A DNA stretch of 24,000 bases, from positions 14,949 to 38,948 of the forward strand of contig JAEUMP010000012.1 of the NCBI GenBank assembly GCA_016791445.1, given 5' to 3'. The notes below the pieces were generated by a model, which saw only the letters and a list, made by a program, of their open reading frames with translations, did no database searches and had not been told where the DNA came from. Made by a program: the position numbers and the translations under genes. The stretch comes from Hyphomonadaceae bacterium (GTDB lineage: Bacteria; Pseudomonadota; Alphaproteobacteria; Caulobacterales; Aquidulcibacteraceae). Positions 1-8,423 of the stretch are shown one piece after another (the stretch's first letter is position 1; each line of letters opens with the position of its first letter).

Positions 1-27
1 CACCGTGCGACGCCCGCGCCGAACCCG

Positions 28-222
28 ATGGCCAGATCGGACGCCGCCATCCTTGACGCCTTGCGCAACAACGGCGGCGCCCTCGTCGGAAGTCTTGCCG
101 CCATCGCCGCGTCCCTGCCCATGCCGGCGAGCACGCTGAGCGCATCGATCAGACGCCTCACCGAACGCGGGCGCGTGCGCCGGGACGCAAACGGTCTGTC
201 GCTCACGCCGCGCGCGGACTAG
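28..222 (+). CDS. Small winged-helix (MarR/ArsR-like) DNA-binding protein; possibly the C-terminal part of a longer ORF, since the frame is open back to base 1
   Basis: The 64-aa translation 'SLAAIAASLPMPASTLSASIRRLTERGRVRR' looks like an HTH recognition helix plus wing. There is no stop in this frame between base 1 and the ATG at 28. Confidence 0.4.
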   Translation: MARSDAAILDALRNNGGALVGSLAAIAASLPMPASTLSASIRRLTERGRVRRDANGLSLTPRAD

Positions 223-386
223 AGCCCGGGCATTTCGCCGTCATCCGCGCGGACCGCAGCGCGAGGCCCGGGCGTCGCGAAAATAATTCAGTCTCCCGCT
301 GCGGGGTTTTGCCGGCCCGTTTGTCTTTCCCCCTGAACGGCGCGCGCCAAGGCGCCGACAGACACCGCGTTGGGGAGACACACACC

Positions 387-3300
387 ATGAAACATGCCGA
401 CAAGGGCCCGCGTCACGGGCGCGCCTGCGATGCCCGCCGTCAAAAATCGCGCAACGGCGACCGCGACGCCGACGCGCGCGGCGCGCGCCGGCGCCACGCC
501 GCGCTCGCAGCATGTCTCGCCGCCGCCCTGCCGGCTGCGGCCGCGGCCCAGGCCCGCGACGGCGCAACGCCCGATGCCGCGAGCGCTGACCGCGCACGCA
601 CGCTCGTCGCCTTCGACATCGCCCCGCAACCACTCGCTGCAGCGCTGTCGGACTTCGCACGACAGGCCGGCGTGCCCGCCCTCTTCGCCTATGGCGACGT
701 CGCGCAGACCCGCGCCAATGGCGTGCACGGGCGCTTTACCCGCGAAGAGGCGCTTGAACGCCTGACGGCAGGGCTTGGACTTTCCGCGCGCCTGACGTCC
801 GCAGGCCTCGTTGTGGACGCGCCATCAGCGCTGGACCCCGACAGATCCGGAGGCGATGGCGCGGCGCGCACGGATGGCGCACACACGCAAACCTCTCCGC
901 CGAGCGGCGCCCGTGCGGGCGCGCCGCGCGCCGAGGCGCAATCGCCAAACGCCGGATCCGCGTCGGCGACCATGGGCGCGGCCGCGCCCTCAATGGACGA
1001 GGTCGTCGTCACCGGCACCCGCATTCGCGGCGCCCCGCCGACCGGCAGCCATGTGGTGACCATCGACCGCGACGCCATCGAGGCGACCGGCCGCACCTCC
1101 ATCCAGGACGTGCTGCAAACGCTGCCGCAGGCGTTTTCCGGCAGCCAGAACGAACTCACCCAGCTCAACTCCACCGCCGGCGGCCGCAACATCGCCTTCA
1201 GCGCCTCCGTCGACCTGCGCGGCCTCGGCGCCGACGCCACCCTCACGCTCGTCAACGGACGCCGTCTCGCGCCCGCAGGCTTCGGCAATTTCGTCGACAT
1301 CTCCGCTGTGCCGCTCGCCGCCGTCGATCGCGTCGAAGTGCTCGCGGACGGCGCGTCGGCGACCTATGGCAGCGACGCCGTCGGCGGCGTCGTCAACATC
1401 ATCCTGCGCCGCGACTTCAACGGCGCGGAGACGACCGTGCGCTACGGCGCAGCGACGGCGGGCGCGCTGGAGGAGAAAGGCCTTTCCCATGTCTTCGGCG
1501 CCACGCGCGGGCGCAGCGCCTTTCTCGCCGGCTACGAATACCGCGCCCGCGACGCCCTCGCCGCCAGCGACCGCGCCTTCGCCGCCGACACCGACCTGCG
1601 CCGCTTCGGCGGCTCGAACTTCTCGCGCACCAACGCCAATCCCGGCAACATCATCCGCGTCGGCACAACCGTCACCGCCTTCGCCATTCCCGCCGGACAG
1701 AATGGCATAACCCTGCGCCAGAGCGATCTCATTGCGGGGCAGCTGAACTTCCAGAACGGCAACGAAGGCGCATCGCTCCTGCCGGCGCAGGAAAGCCACG
1801 GGCTGTTCATGTCCGCGCGCCTGCCGCTCGGCGACAGGATCGAGCTCTTCGCCGACGCGCTCGGCTCACGACGCAAGGCGAACGCGTCCGACAACCAGCT
1901 CGCCACCACGCTCGTGGTGCCCGCCACCAACGCCTATCGCCAGCTCAACGGACTGTTCCCGGGAACCCAGCCGATTACCGTGGCCTACTTTCTCGGCGAC
2001 GATCTCGGGCCGCTGCGCTACGCCACCACCTCAGACACCCACGCGATCACCGGCGGCCTTGAGATCGACATCGCGCGCGCATGGCGTCTGGAAGCGACGG
2101 CCACCTTCGGCGGACACAGCGACGCCGTACGCTTTTCCAACGCCTTCGATTCCACCGCCATCGCCGGCGCGCTCGCCAGTAGCGATCCCGCCACCGCCTT
2201 CAACCCCTTCGGCGACGGCGCCCATACGCCGGCCGCCGTACTGCGCAATCTGACGCTGACCCAGGCGACGGACTCCGACTCCGACATCCGCGCCTACGCC
2301 ATCAAGGCGGATGGACCGCTCTTTGCGCTGCCCGCCGGCGTCGTGCGCGCCGCGGTCGGCGCTGAACGCCGCGAGGAAGCCTTCGCCATCACACGCGTCG
2401 AACGCCGCGCCTCGGGACTGCTCGTGCCCGCCGCCCTGCAGGCGCCTGGCGAACGCGCAGTGTCCGCAGTCTTCGGCGAACTCTACCTGCCGCTCCTCAG
2501 CGCCGAGGCCGGGCTGCCGCTTGTGGAAAGCCTCGCCGCATCGCTCTCCGTGCGCCATGAATCCTCCGACGATTTCGGCGACGCGACGACGCCGAAGGCC
2601 GGCGTGCGCCTGGATGCCGCCGGCGGCCTCAGTCTGCGCGGCGCATGGGGCAAATCCTTCAAGGCGCCGCAATTCGTGCAACTGCTCGGCGGCACCGGCG
2701 GCACGATCTCCTCGGCGCCGGTCTCCATCGATCCGTTCGCCACCAACGGCTCCACCGGCACGCTCCAGATCACCGGCGCCAACCCGAACCTGCGTCCCGA
2801 AACGGCGGAAACCTGGACGCTCGGTTTCGATCTCTCCCCGCCTGCGCTGAAGGGGCTCACGCTCAGCGCGACCTATTTCGACATCGACTTCGCCAACCGC
2901 ATCTCCACGCCCGGCAGCATTCTCGACGCGCTGCGCAATTCCGCCGCCTATGCGGGATTTCTCATCCGCGATCCGACACCCGAACAGATCGCCGCCTACC
3001 TCGCCATTCCGAGCCGGACCGCCGGAACCATTCCGCCCGACGGCATCGAGGCGATCTGGGACGAACGTCTGACCAATCTGGCGAGTCTGCGCGTGCGCGG
3101 CGTCGACCTGTCGGGCGCATGGCGCGTCGAGACCTCGGCCGGCGCCATCACGCTCGCCGCAAGCGCCAGCAAGCTCATGGAGTTCCGGCGGCAGTCCAAT
3201 CCCGTCGTGCCGGCGATCAATCCGCTCGACACCATCCTCAATCCGGTCGACTGGCGCGGACGGGCAAGCCTTGCCTGGAGCGGCGATCACTGGCGGCTCT

Positions 3301-3578
3301 CCGGCGCGCTCAACTACACCGACGACTATCTCGATACGCTGAGCACGCCCGCACGACGCATCGACGCCTGGCGCACGTGGGATGTCCAGATCGCACGCAC
3401 ATGGCGCGCCGATGCCGACAATGGGCAAAAGCCCGGCGTCGAGGCCACACTCAATGTCCGTAACATCACCGACGCCGATCCGCCCTTCGCCAACAATCCC
3501 GTCGGCATGGCGTTCGATACGCTCAACGCCTCGCCGCTCGGACGCTTTGTGTCTTTCGAGATCCGACGCCGATGGTGA
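387..3578 (+). CDS. TonB-dependent outer-membrane receptor/transducer with an N-terminal STN signalling domain (FecA/FpvA-like)
   Basis: The ORF-track frame 309-3578 begins at a TTG; I prefer the ATG at 387 (MKHADKG...), which has GGGGAG 9 nt upstream. A signal-like AALAACLAAALPAAAAAQA is followed by an STN-like segment (LVAFDIAPQPLAAALSDFARQAGVPALFAYGDV...GRFTREEALERLTAGLGL). Then come an Ala/Gly/Ser/Pro linker, a plug domain (DEVVVTGTRIRG...IEATGRTSIQDVLQTLP, RVEVLADGASATYGSDAVGGVVNIILR) and a long beta-barrel ending in an aromatic residue (...FEIRRRW). Confidence 0.9.
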   Translation: MKHADKGPRHGRACDARRQKSRNGDRDADARGARRRHAALAACLAAALPAAAAAQARDGATPDAASADRARTLVAFDIAPQPLAAALSDFARQAGVPALFAYGDVAQTRANGVHGRFTREEALERLTAGLGLSARLTSAGLVVDAPSALDPDRSGGDGAARTDGAHTQTSPPSGARAGAPRAEAQSPNAGSASATMGAAAPSMDEVVVTGTRIRGAPPTGSHVVTIDRDAIEATGRTSIQDVLQTLPQAFSGSQNELTQLNSTAGGRNIAFSASVDLRGLGADATLTLVNGRRLAPAGFGNFVDISAVPLAAVDRVEVLADGASATYGSDAVGGVVNIILRRDFNGAETTVRYGAATAGALEEKGLSHVFGATRGRSAFLAGYEYRARDALAASDRAFAADTDLRRFGGSNFSRTNANPGNIIRVGTTVTAFAIPAGQNGITLRQSDLIAGQLNFQNGNEGASLLPAQESHGLFMSARLPLGDRIELFADALGSRRKANASDNQLATTLVVPATNAYRQLNGLFPGTQPITVAYFLGDDLGPLRYATTSDTHAITGGLEIDIARAWRLEATATFGGHSDAVRFSNAFDSTAIAGALASSDPATAFNPFGDGAHTPAAVLRNLTLTQATDSDSDIRAYAIKADGPLFALPAGVVRAAVGAERREEAFAITRVERRASGLLVPAALQAPGERAVSAVFGELYLPLLSAEAGLPLVESLAASLSVRHESSDDFGDATTPKAGVRLDAAGGLSLRGAWGKSFKAPQFVQLLGGTGGTISSAPVSIDPFATNGSTGTLQITGANPNLRPETAETWTLGFDLSPPALKGLTLSATYFDIDFANRISTPGSILDALRNSAAYAGFLIRDPTPEQIAAYLAIPSRTAGTIPPDGIEAIWDERLTNLASLRVRGVDLSGAWRVETSAGAITLAASASKLMEFRRQSNPVVPAINPLDTILNPVDWRGRASLAWSGDHWRLSGALNYTDDYLDTLSTPARRIDAWRTWDVQIARTWRADADNGQKPGVEATLNVRNITDADPPFANNPVGMAFDTLNASPLGRFVSFEIRRRW

Positions 3579-5734
3579 GCGACGCGCGCACGCGCTGTCG
3601 CCTCGCGGTCCTTGCAGGCGCGCTCGCCGCACTCGTCGCCTGCGTCATCGGCGCAGGCGGCGCATGGGCGACCCCGCGCGCGCGCGACGCAAGTCTTGAA
3701 CGCGCACACGCCATGCAACACGCGCTCCTTGCCTTGGTCGATCTGGGCGGGCGCCGACACGGCATGACGCTGTCGCCCGATGGACGCACCATTGCTGTCT
3801 TTCGCCGCACCACACGCCTTCTTGAGAACGACTACCGCTACGAACTCCTGCTCGTCCCCCTCGACACACCCCCGCCCCTCGACAAGGCCCAAGTCACCAC
3901 ACGGGACACGACACCGGCCACGACCCCGGACATGGCGGCGGCGCGCATCCTCGCCGACGCCGGGGACGCCAACCTGCATACTGCAGACGGGCGTCCCTCC
4001 GGCGCGCTCGCCGACCGGATCGCACGCTGGTCCCCGGACGGACGCGAACTCGCCTATCTCGCCCACAGGCAAGACGTCATCTCGCTTGAGCGCGTGCGCA
4101 TCGCCGACGGCGGCGTTCGCGTCGTCGCCACGGGGCCAGGCGACATTGCCGACTTCGCCTGGCTTGCCGACGGCGGTCTCGTCTTTCGCCGCAACACTAC
4201 ACGGATCGCCCAGGCGCGCGCGTGGCGCGACGGCGCCGTCGCCGGCTATCGCGTCGACGATGCGTTCGATCCCGCCTTCAGCCTGAGACCGCAGAGCATC
4301 GCTCGCGGCGATGACGCGGTTTTCGTCGCTGCGCCCGACGGGCGCCTGCGCGCCGCCGCCCCGCACGAGGCCGCACGTCTCGCACCGTCGCCTGCACCTG
4401 CAGGGGCCATCGACAACGCCGCCGACGCGAGGGGGCGCCGCGCATGGCTCGCCCCGCGACATCCGGGCGATCGCGCCTATCGGCCGACGCTTGCGGTCTT
4501 CACAGACCACGAGGGACGCGCCCTCATGTGCGCCGATCCAGCCTGCCAGGGGCGACTGACACGCGTGTGGCGGACGCGCGAGGAAGTCATCTTCCAGAAA
4601 GCGGAAGGGTTCGCCGACGTCGAAACCGCGCTCTATGGCTGGCGTCCCGACAGCGGGCGCGTGCGCCTCATCCGGCGCGCCGACGACCTCCTGAACGATT
4701 GCGCGCTTGCCGCCGCGCGGCTCATCTGTCTTCACGAGGCCGCGCTCTCACCGCGCCGCGTCGTCGCCGTCGCGCTGTCCGACGGCCGGCTTGCCGCGAT
4801 CCACGATCCCAACCCCTCCTGGCGGGGGGCGCCCCTGACCGCCGTCGAGCGTCTCGACGGTCACGACCATCTCGGCAACGCCTTCTTCGCCCGCATCGTG
4901 CGGCCCGCAGGTCACCGGCGCACCGAGCGCTACCCGCTCGTCATCGTGCAATACCGCGCGCGCGGCTTTCTGCGGGCAGGCACGGGCGGCGAATATCCGA
5001 TCCACATGTTCGCGGCCCGCGGCTATCTGGTGGCCAGCATGGATCGCCCGGATCCTCGCACCCTCCACGCCGAGCTGAGCGCCGCCGACCTCTCGCGGCG
5101 CACCGAGTTCGATGGGAGCGAACAGTCAATGAAGCAGTCCGCGCTCGAAACGCTGATCGCGCGCCTTGACGCGCGCGGTCTCATCGATACCGGCCGCATC
5201 GCCATCACCGGCATGAGCGACGGCGCCGAGACCGTCTATTGGGCGCTCACGCGACCGACCGCCTTCGCCGCCGCCGTCACAAGTTCCCCGCCCATCGACC
5301 CGAGCGCCTGGACGCTCAGTTCGGAACGATTCCGTCGCCTGCGGCGCGCCGAGGACGCCGCGAGCGGCGACTGGCCGGATGCAAACCCCGACTGGGCCGC
5401 CTGGTGGGCGCGCAACACCACGACACGACGCGCCGAACACATTGTCACGCCGCTGCTCATGAACCTCTCCGAAAGCGAGGCGCTGCGCGGCTTTCCGCTC
5501 GCCTCGCGCCTCAACGATCTCGGCAAACCGGTCGAGACCTATATCTATCCCGGCGCCTTCCACGCCAAATGGCGCCCGCAGCAGATCCTCGCCGCCCAGA
5601 CACGCGCCCTCGACTGGATCGATTTCTGGCTCCTCGACGCGCTCAACCCCGCTCCCGACGATCCAGGGCGCGCCGGACGCTGGCGCGCCATGCGCGACGA
5701 TCATCGCTCCCGCCTGCCGGGCACGCCGCCCTAG
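3572..5734 (+). CDS. Lasso-peptide isopeptidase candidate (S9 prolyl-oligopeptidase fold, AtxE1/AtxE2-like)
   Basis: The 720-aa product has an N-terminal half typical of a beta-propeller (repeated SPDG/ADGG strands) and a C-terminal alpha/beta-hydrolase. The hydrolase carries a GxSxG nucleophile elbow (ITGMSDGAE), an acidic stretch (PLLMNLSESE) and a His (YPGAFHAKW). The start ATG overlaps the receptor stop (ATGGTGA). The gene lies next to lasso B/C genes and a TonB-dependent receptor, the context known for AtxE-type isopeptidases. The N-terminus MVSDARTRCRLAVLAGALAALVACVIGAGGAWA|T resembles a Sec signal peptide. Confidence 0.75.
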   Translation: MVSDARTRCRLAVLAGALAALVACVIGAGGAWATPRARDASLERAHAMQHALLALVDLGGRRHGMTLSPDGRTIAVFRRTTRLLENDYRYELLLVPLDTPPPLDKAQVTTRDTTPATTPDMAAARILADAGDANLHTADGRPSGALADRIARWSPDGRELAYLAHRQDVISLERVRIADGGVRVVATGPGDIADFAWLADGGLVFRRNTTRIAQARAWRDGAVAGYRVDDAFDPAFSLRPQSIARGDDAVFVAAPDGRLRAAAPHEAARLAPSPAPAGAIDNAADARGRRAWLAPRHPGDRAYRPTLAVFTDHEGRALMCADPACQGRLTRVWRTREEVIFQKAEGFADVETALYGWRPDSGRVRLIRRADDLLNDCALAAARLICLHEAALSPRRVVAVALSDGRLAAIHDPNPSWRGAPLTAVERLDGHDHLGNAFFARIVRPAGHRRTERYPLVIVQYRARGFLRAGTGGEYPIHMFAARGYLVASMDRPDPRTLHAELSAADLSRRTEFDGSEQSMKQSALETLIARLDARGLIDTGRIAITGMSDGAETVYWALTRPTAFAAAVTSSPPIDPSAWTLSSERFRRLRRAEDAASGDWPDANPDWAAWWARNTTTRRAEHIVTPLLMNLSESEALRGFPLASRLNDLGKPVETYIYPGAFHAKWRPQQILAAQTRALDWIDFWLLDALNPAPDDPGRAGRWRAMRDDHRSRLPGTPP

Positions 5735-7560
5735 CCCGACAGCGCCGCGCGTGCGGCCTGTGCCTCGGCGCCGCGCCGCAGCCGCCGCAACCAGAGCTCC
5801 GCGGCAAGATGCACCATCAAGGCGCTGGAGACCGCGCCGTCGCTCACCGTATCGGACGCAAGGAGACGCCGGGCGGTCGCATCATCGAGAAGGCCCAGAC
5901 GCCTGAGCTCGCCGTCGTGCAGCACCGCGCGCATGAAGGCGAGATTGCGCGACACGACAGCTGCGAAGAAGCGCGTGGTCTCACCCTTGGTGGTGCGCGC
6001 CGCCACCGACGGCGAGAGCCGTGATGCAAACGCATCGCGCACCAGGCCGCGCTCACGACCGCCATGGGTCATCACATAGGCCGGGATCGACAGACACGTC
6101 TCGATGACCGGCTGGGACAAAAGCACCGGCGCACTGCGCACGCGCGTATTGAGCACGCCCGGCGCCTGATAGCGCACCGCGTCGAGGAGATGGGCCACAC
6201 GCAGCGCCTGCGCGGGCGGCTGGCGCGCGCCGGTCGCCAGCCAGGGATGACGTTCAAGCGCGTCTCCCGCGCTGGCGCGCGATGATCCGGCGCGCGCGCG
6301 CAAGAGCGGCGCCCGCGCCAGTCCATGAAGCGCTGCGACCCACGCCACCGCCCAGATTGACCGCCCCGTCAGACGCGCAACCGCCTCCACGATCGCGCCG
6401 ACCTCACGCGCCGTCTCGCCCAGCCACACCGCGTCCGCCGCGATCAGCGGCGAACGACTGCGGTGAAAGAGATGGTCCCCCGCCTGCCCCGACGCCACGA
6501 AATCCACCCCAAGACGGTGCGCCGTCTCCAGTAGCGTCGTGTTGGCGAAACCGAGCAGCGAGGTCGTCGGAGAGACGAAAAGCGGCGCCTCCAGCACGCG
6601 CGCATAGTCGACCGCCGCAGGCGTCATCTCCACTTCGATGACCTCCCTGCCCCAACGCGCCGCCGCCGCGCGCGCCATCTGTCGCTCGTCGCCTTCCGGC
6701 ACATCGCGCGCATATTCGTTCACGCAAAGGACCTCGCACGTATCCGGCGCGCCCTCTTGCGCCAGACACGCCAGGACGATGCTGGAATCGAGCCCGCCCG
6801 AGAGACGCACCATGGCGCGCCGCGCGGTTGTCCCCCAGGCGCGCACCGCAAGCGTCACACTTGATGAAAGGCGCATCGCCGCGTCCGCCGCGCTCTCACG
6901 CACGCCGCCCGCGCGCCGCCGCGCGGGCGCGAAATCCTGCGGCCGCCAGAGTGTGTCGCGCGACACCGTCTCGCGTGAGAACGTGAAACGCTCGCCGGGC
7001 TGCACCAGGGTGACGCCCTTAAGCCCCGTGCGTGCGGACGCAACGCCCGGGTCTTTGAGGAACGCCGCCAGATAGGCGCAATCCGGCAAAAGCGCCCCGC
7101 CGAGTGCGGCGAAATCCTCCGCATGCGAGAAGACCACATGCACCGCGCCGATCTGTGCGTAGTGTGCATGACGATGTCCGCTCGGATCGCGCAGCACATG
7201 GACGAGGTCATAGCCCCGGTCGATCAGCACCGCGACAAACCCGCCCCAATAGTCCCTGAAGAGCGCCTCCCCGCCACCCGCGCAGATCCGACCGGTCTCG
7301 CGCGTCTCCATGTCGGTCGCGCGTGCGCCCGTGACGGTGAACAACGCACCGAAGATCGCGCCTCGCCCCTGCGAGAGCGTCAACGCCGCCACATCCTCGG
7401 GCGCTGCGCGCACCAGCAGGAGGACCCCGCGCCAGTCCACGATCACCGACCAGGCGCATGTCTCGCCGGTCGGGCCCGTCAGCGCGTCCGCCATGCGCCG
7501 CGCTTCGGCCTCGCGCACGCGGTCCACAGGCGTCCAGCGCAGGAGGACAAACCGCAGCAC
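5731..7560 (-). CDS. Lasso-peptide cyclase (C protein; asparagine synthetase B-like, isopeptide-bond forming)
   Basis: The 609-aa product carries the PP-loop ATP-pyrophosphatase motif (VRLSGGLDSSIVLACLA) inside an AsnB-like C-terminal domain, with a degenerate N-terminal domain. The GTG start at 7560 lies 9 nt after the B gene stop. An alternative ATG at 7494 cannot be excluded. Confidence 0.85.
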   Translation of the reverse strand: MLRFVLLRWTPVDRVREAEARRMADALTGPTGETCAWSVIVDWRGVLLLVRAAPEDVAALTLSQGRGAIFGALFTVTGARATDMETRETGRICAGGGEALFRDYWGGFVAVLIDRGYDLVHVLRDPSGHRHAHYAQIGAVHVVFSHAEDFAALGGALLPDCAYLAAFLKDPGVASARTGLKGVTLVQPGERFTFSRETVSRDTLWRPQDFAPARRRAGGVRESAADAAMRLSSSVTLAVRAWGTTARRAMVRLSGGLDSSIVLACLAQEGAPDTCEVLCVNEYARDVPEGDERQMARAAAARWGREVIEVEMTPAAVDYARVLEAPLFVSPTTSLLGFANTTLLETAHRLGVDFVASGQAGDHLFHRSRSPLIAADAVWLGETAREVGAIVEAVARLTGRSIWAVAWVAALHGLARAPLLRARAGSSRASAGDALERHPWLATGARQPPAQALRVAHLLDAVRYQAPGVLNTRVRSAPVLLSQPVIETCLSIPAYVMTHGGRERGLVRDAFASRLSPSVAARTTKGETTRFFAAVVSRNLAFMRAVLHDGELRRLGLLDDATARRLLASDTVSDGAVSSALMVHLAAELWLRRLRRGAEAQAARAALSG

Positions 7561-7569
7561 CGGCTCCGC

Positions 7570-8202
7570 TCACACCGACGCCAGCGGCGTGAAGGACCGG
7601 CAATGGTCCAGCGCGTCGTTGATCACCACGCCCGCGCATTGCACCCAGCAGTGCGCCGCAAACGGTCGCGCCCGCACGCCGACAACGAGGTCCGGGCGAT
7701 GGCGCCGCGACACCAAAAAGTGCATCAGCGCGAGCGAATCGAAGAGACACACCCGTCGTGCAGGATACCAAAGCCGCGTCCGGTAGAATTGCGCGACGTC
7801 CGCCGACAGGACCGTGCGGGCGTTGCCCGCACGCCGCTTGCGCCGACCGAGCGCGCGAAACGCCCGCTCGAGATTGCCGCTCTGAAGATCCATCGCTGCG
7901 CGTGCGCACGCCCAAAGGACACGCGCCCCTGAAGCCCGCGACGGCGCTCCTTCCAGCGGCGGTTGTGCATCGTGCGGTCGCTCGATCCTGCGCGCCATCG
8001 CGATCGCGGCGCCTCCGGGCGTCAGAAGGCCTTCCTTGAGGAGGCGGTCGATGAGCGCGCCGCGCGCCGGCCCGGCCGTTTCGGCGAGACGCGCAAGGGG
8101 CGCTGCCCAATACCGGTTGCGGCGCAGATCGAGAAAGAGGAGGCAATCCGCATCGACGCACGCGCGAACATGCGCAGGCAGGCCATAACCATCGATCGAC
8201 AT
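7570..8202 (-). CDS. Lasso-peptide B protein (fused B1 PqqD-like leader-recognition element and B2 transglutaminase-like Cys protease)
   Basis: The 210-aa product has an N-terminal segment (VRACVDADCLLFLDLRRNRYWAAPLARL...IDRLLKEGLL) resembling a PqqD/RRE fold. The C-terminal segment (RVCLFDSLALMHFLVSRRHRPDLVVGVRARPFAAHCWVQCAGVVINDAL) matches the McjB-type Cys...His...Asp core. GGGAG lies 6 nt upstream of the ATG. Confidence 0.85.
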   Translation of the reverse strand: MSIDGYGLPAHVRACVDADCLLFLDLRRNRYWAAPLARLAETAGPARGALIDRLLKEGLLTPGGAAIAMARRIERPHDAQPPLEGAPSRASGARVLWACARAAMDLQSGNLERAFRALGRRKRRAGNARTVLSADVAQFYRTRLWYPARRVCLFDSLALMHFLVSRRHRPDLVVGVRARPFAAHCWVQCAGVVINDALDHCRSFTPLASV

Positions 8203-8252
8203 CTGACGCTCCCAAAATGCGCGATGTGCGTGCGAAACGCTTCCAGCGCCAA

Positions 8253-8280
8253 GGAGACGCGCCGTCGCCGGCGCGCCTCC
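8253..8280 (-). promoter_or_regulatory. GC-rich stem-loop in the A-B intergenic spacer (candidate attenuator or mRNA-stabilising hairpin)
   Basis: On the minus-strand RNA, GGAGGCGCGCC-GGCGAC-GGCGCGUCUCC forms an 11-bp stem (one G-U pair) with a 6-nt loop. It starts 15 nt after the precursor stop codon and has no following U-tract. Confidence 0.5.
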
Positions 8281-8294
8281 CCGTGGCGCGCGCC

Positions 8295-8423
8295 CTATTC
8301 GTCGCGCGCTTCCGGCTCGACATAGTTCTCCTTGAGGATGTCGTCCGGCAGCCCCAGCGTGCGCTCGCTCGCGCGTCCGAGATCGATGACGCCGTCTTCG
8401 ATGGGATCGTGTTGGGCTTGCAT
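8295..8423 (-). CDS. Lasso-peptide precursor (A peptide), 42 aa: MQAQHDPIEDGVIDLGRASERTL|GLPDDILKENYVEPEARDE
   Basis: I hand-translated the minus strand. GGAGG lies 5 nt before the ATG (complement of 8421-8423) and the TAG stop is the complement of 8295-8297. The ORF is too short for the ORF track. It sits directly upstream of B-C on the same strand. Thr is at -2 relative to the predicted core Gly1, and Glu is at core position 9 (ring acceptor). An in-frame alternative ATG at 8435 would add MEVN but has no SD. Confidence 0.8.
   Translation of the reverse strand: MQAQHDPIEDGVIDLGRASERTLGLPDDILKENYVEPEARDE

Noticed and set aside
309-386. Upstream extensions given by the ORF track: 309 for the receptor, 9264 for GntR, 10240 for PhyH, 11796 for LuxR and 14328 for DUF3237.
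   Set aside because: These are the longest possible ORFs. At least 309 and 11796, which I checked, start at TTG. In each case an internal ATG gives the expected family length, and four of them have a GGAG-type SD at proper spacing; for GntR the support is instead the stop/start overlap with phyH.
2031-3632. 533-aa minus-strand ORF antisense to the first TonB-dependent receptor. ORF 3326-4735 (-), antisense to the isopeptidase gene, is the same kind of case.
   Set aside because: The translations are Arg/Gly/Ala-rich and low-complexity with no recognisable motifs. They fully overlap genes that have clear family signatures on the other strand. Long stop-free antisense frames are expected in very GC-rich DNA.
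7208-8323. 371-aa minus-strand ORF spanning the B gene, the A-B spacer and the start of the C gene in another frame.
   Set aside because: It is out of frame with the well-supported B and C genes and has an Arg/Ala/Gly-rich composition. It would mask the real 42-aa precursor and the intergenic hairpin.
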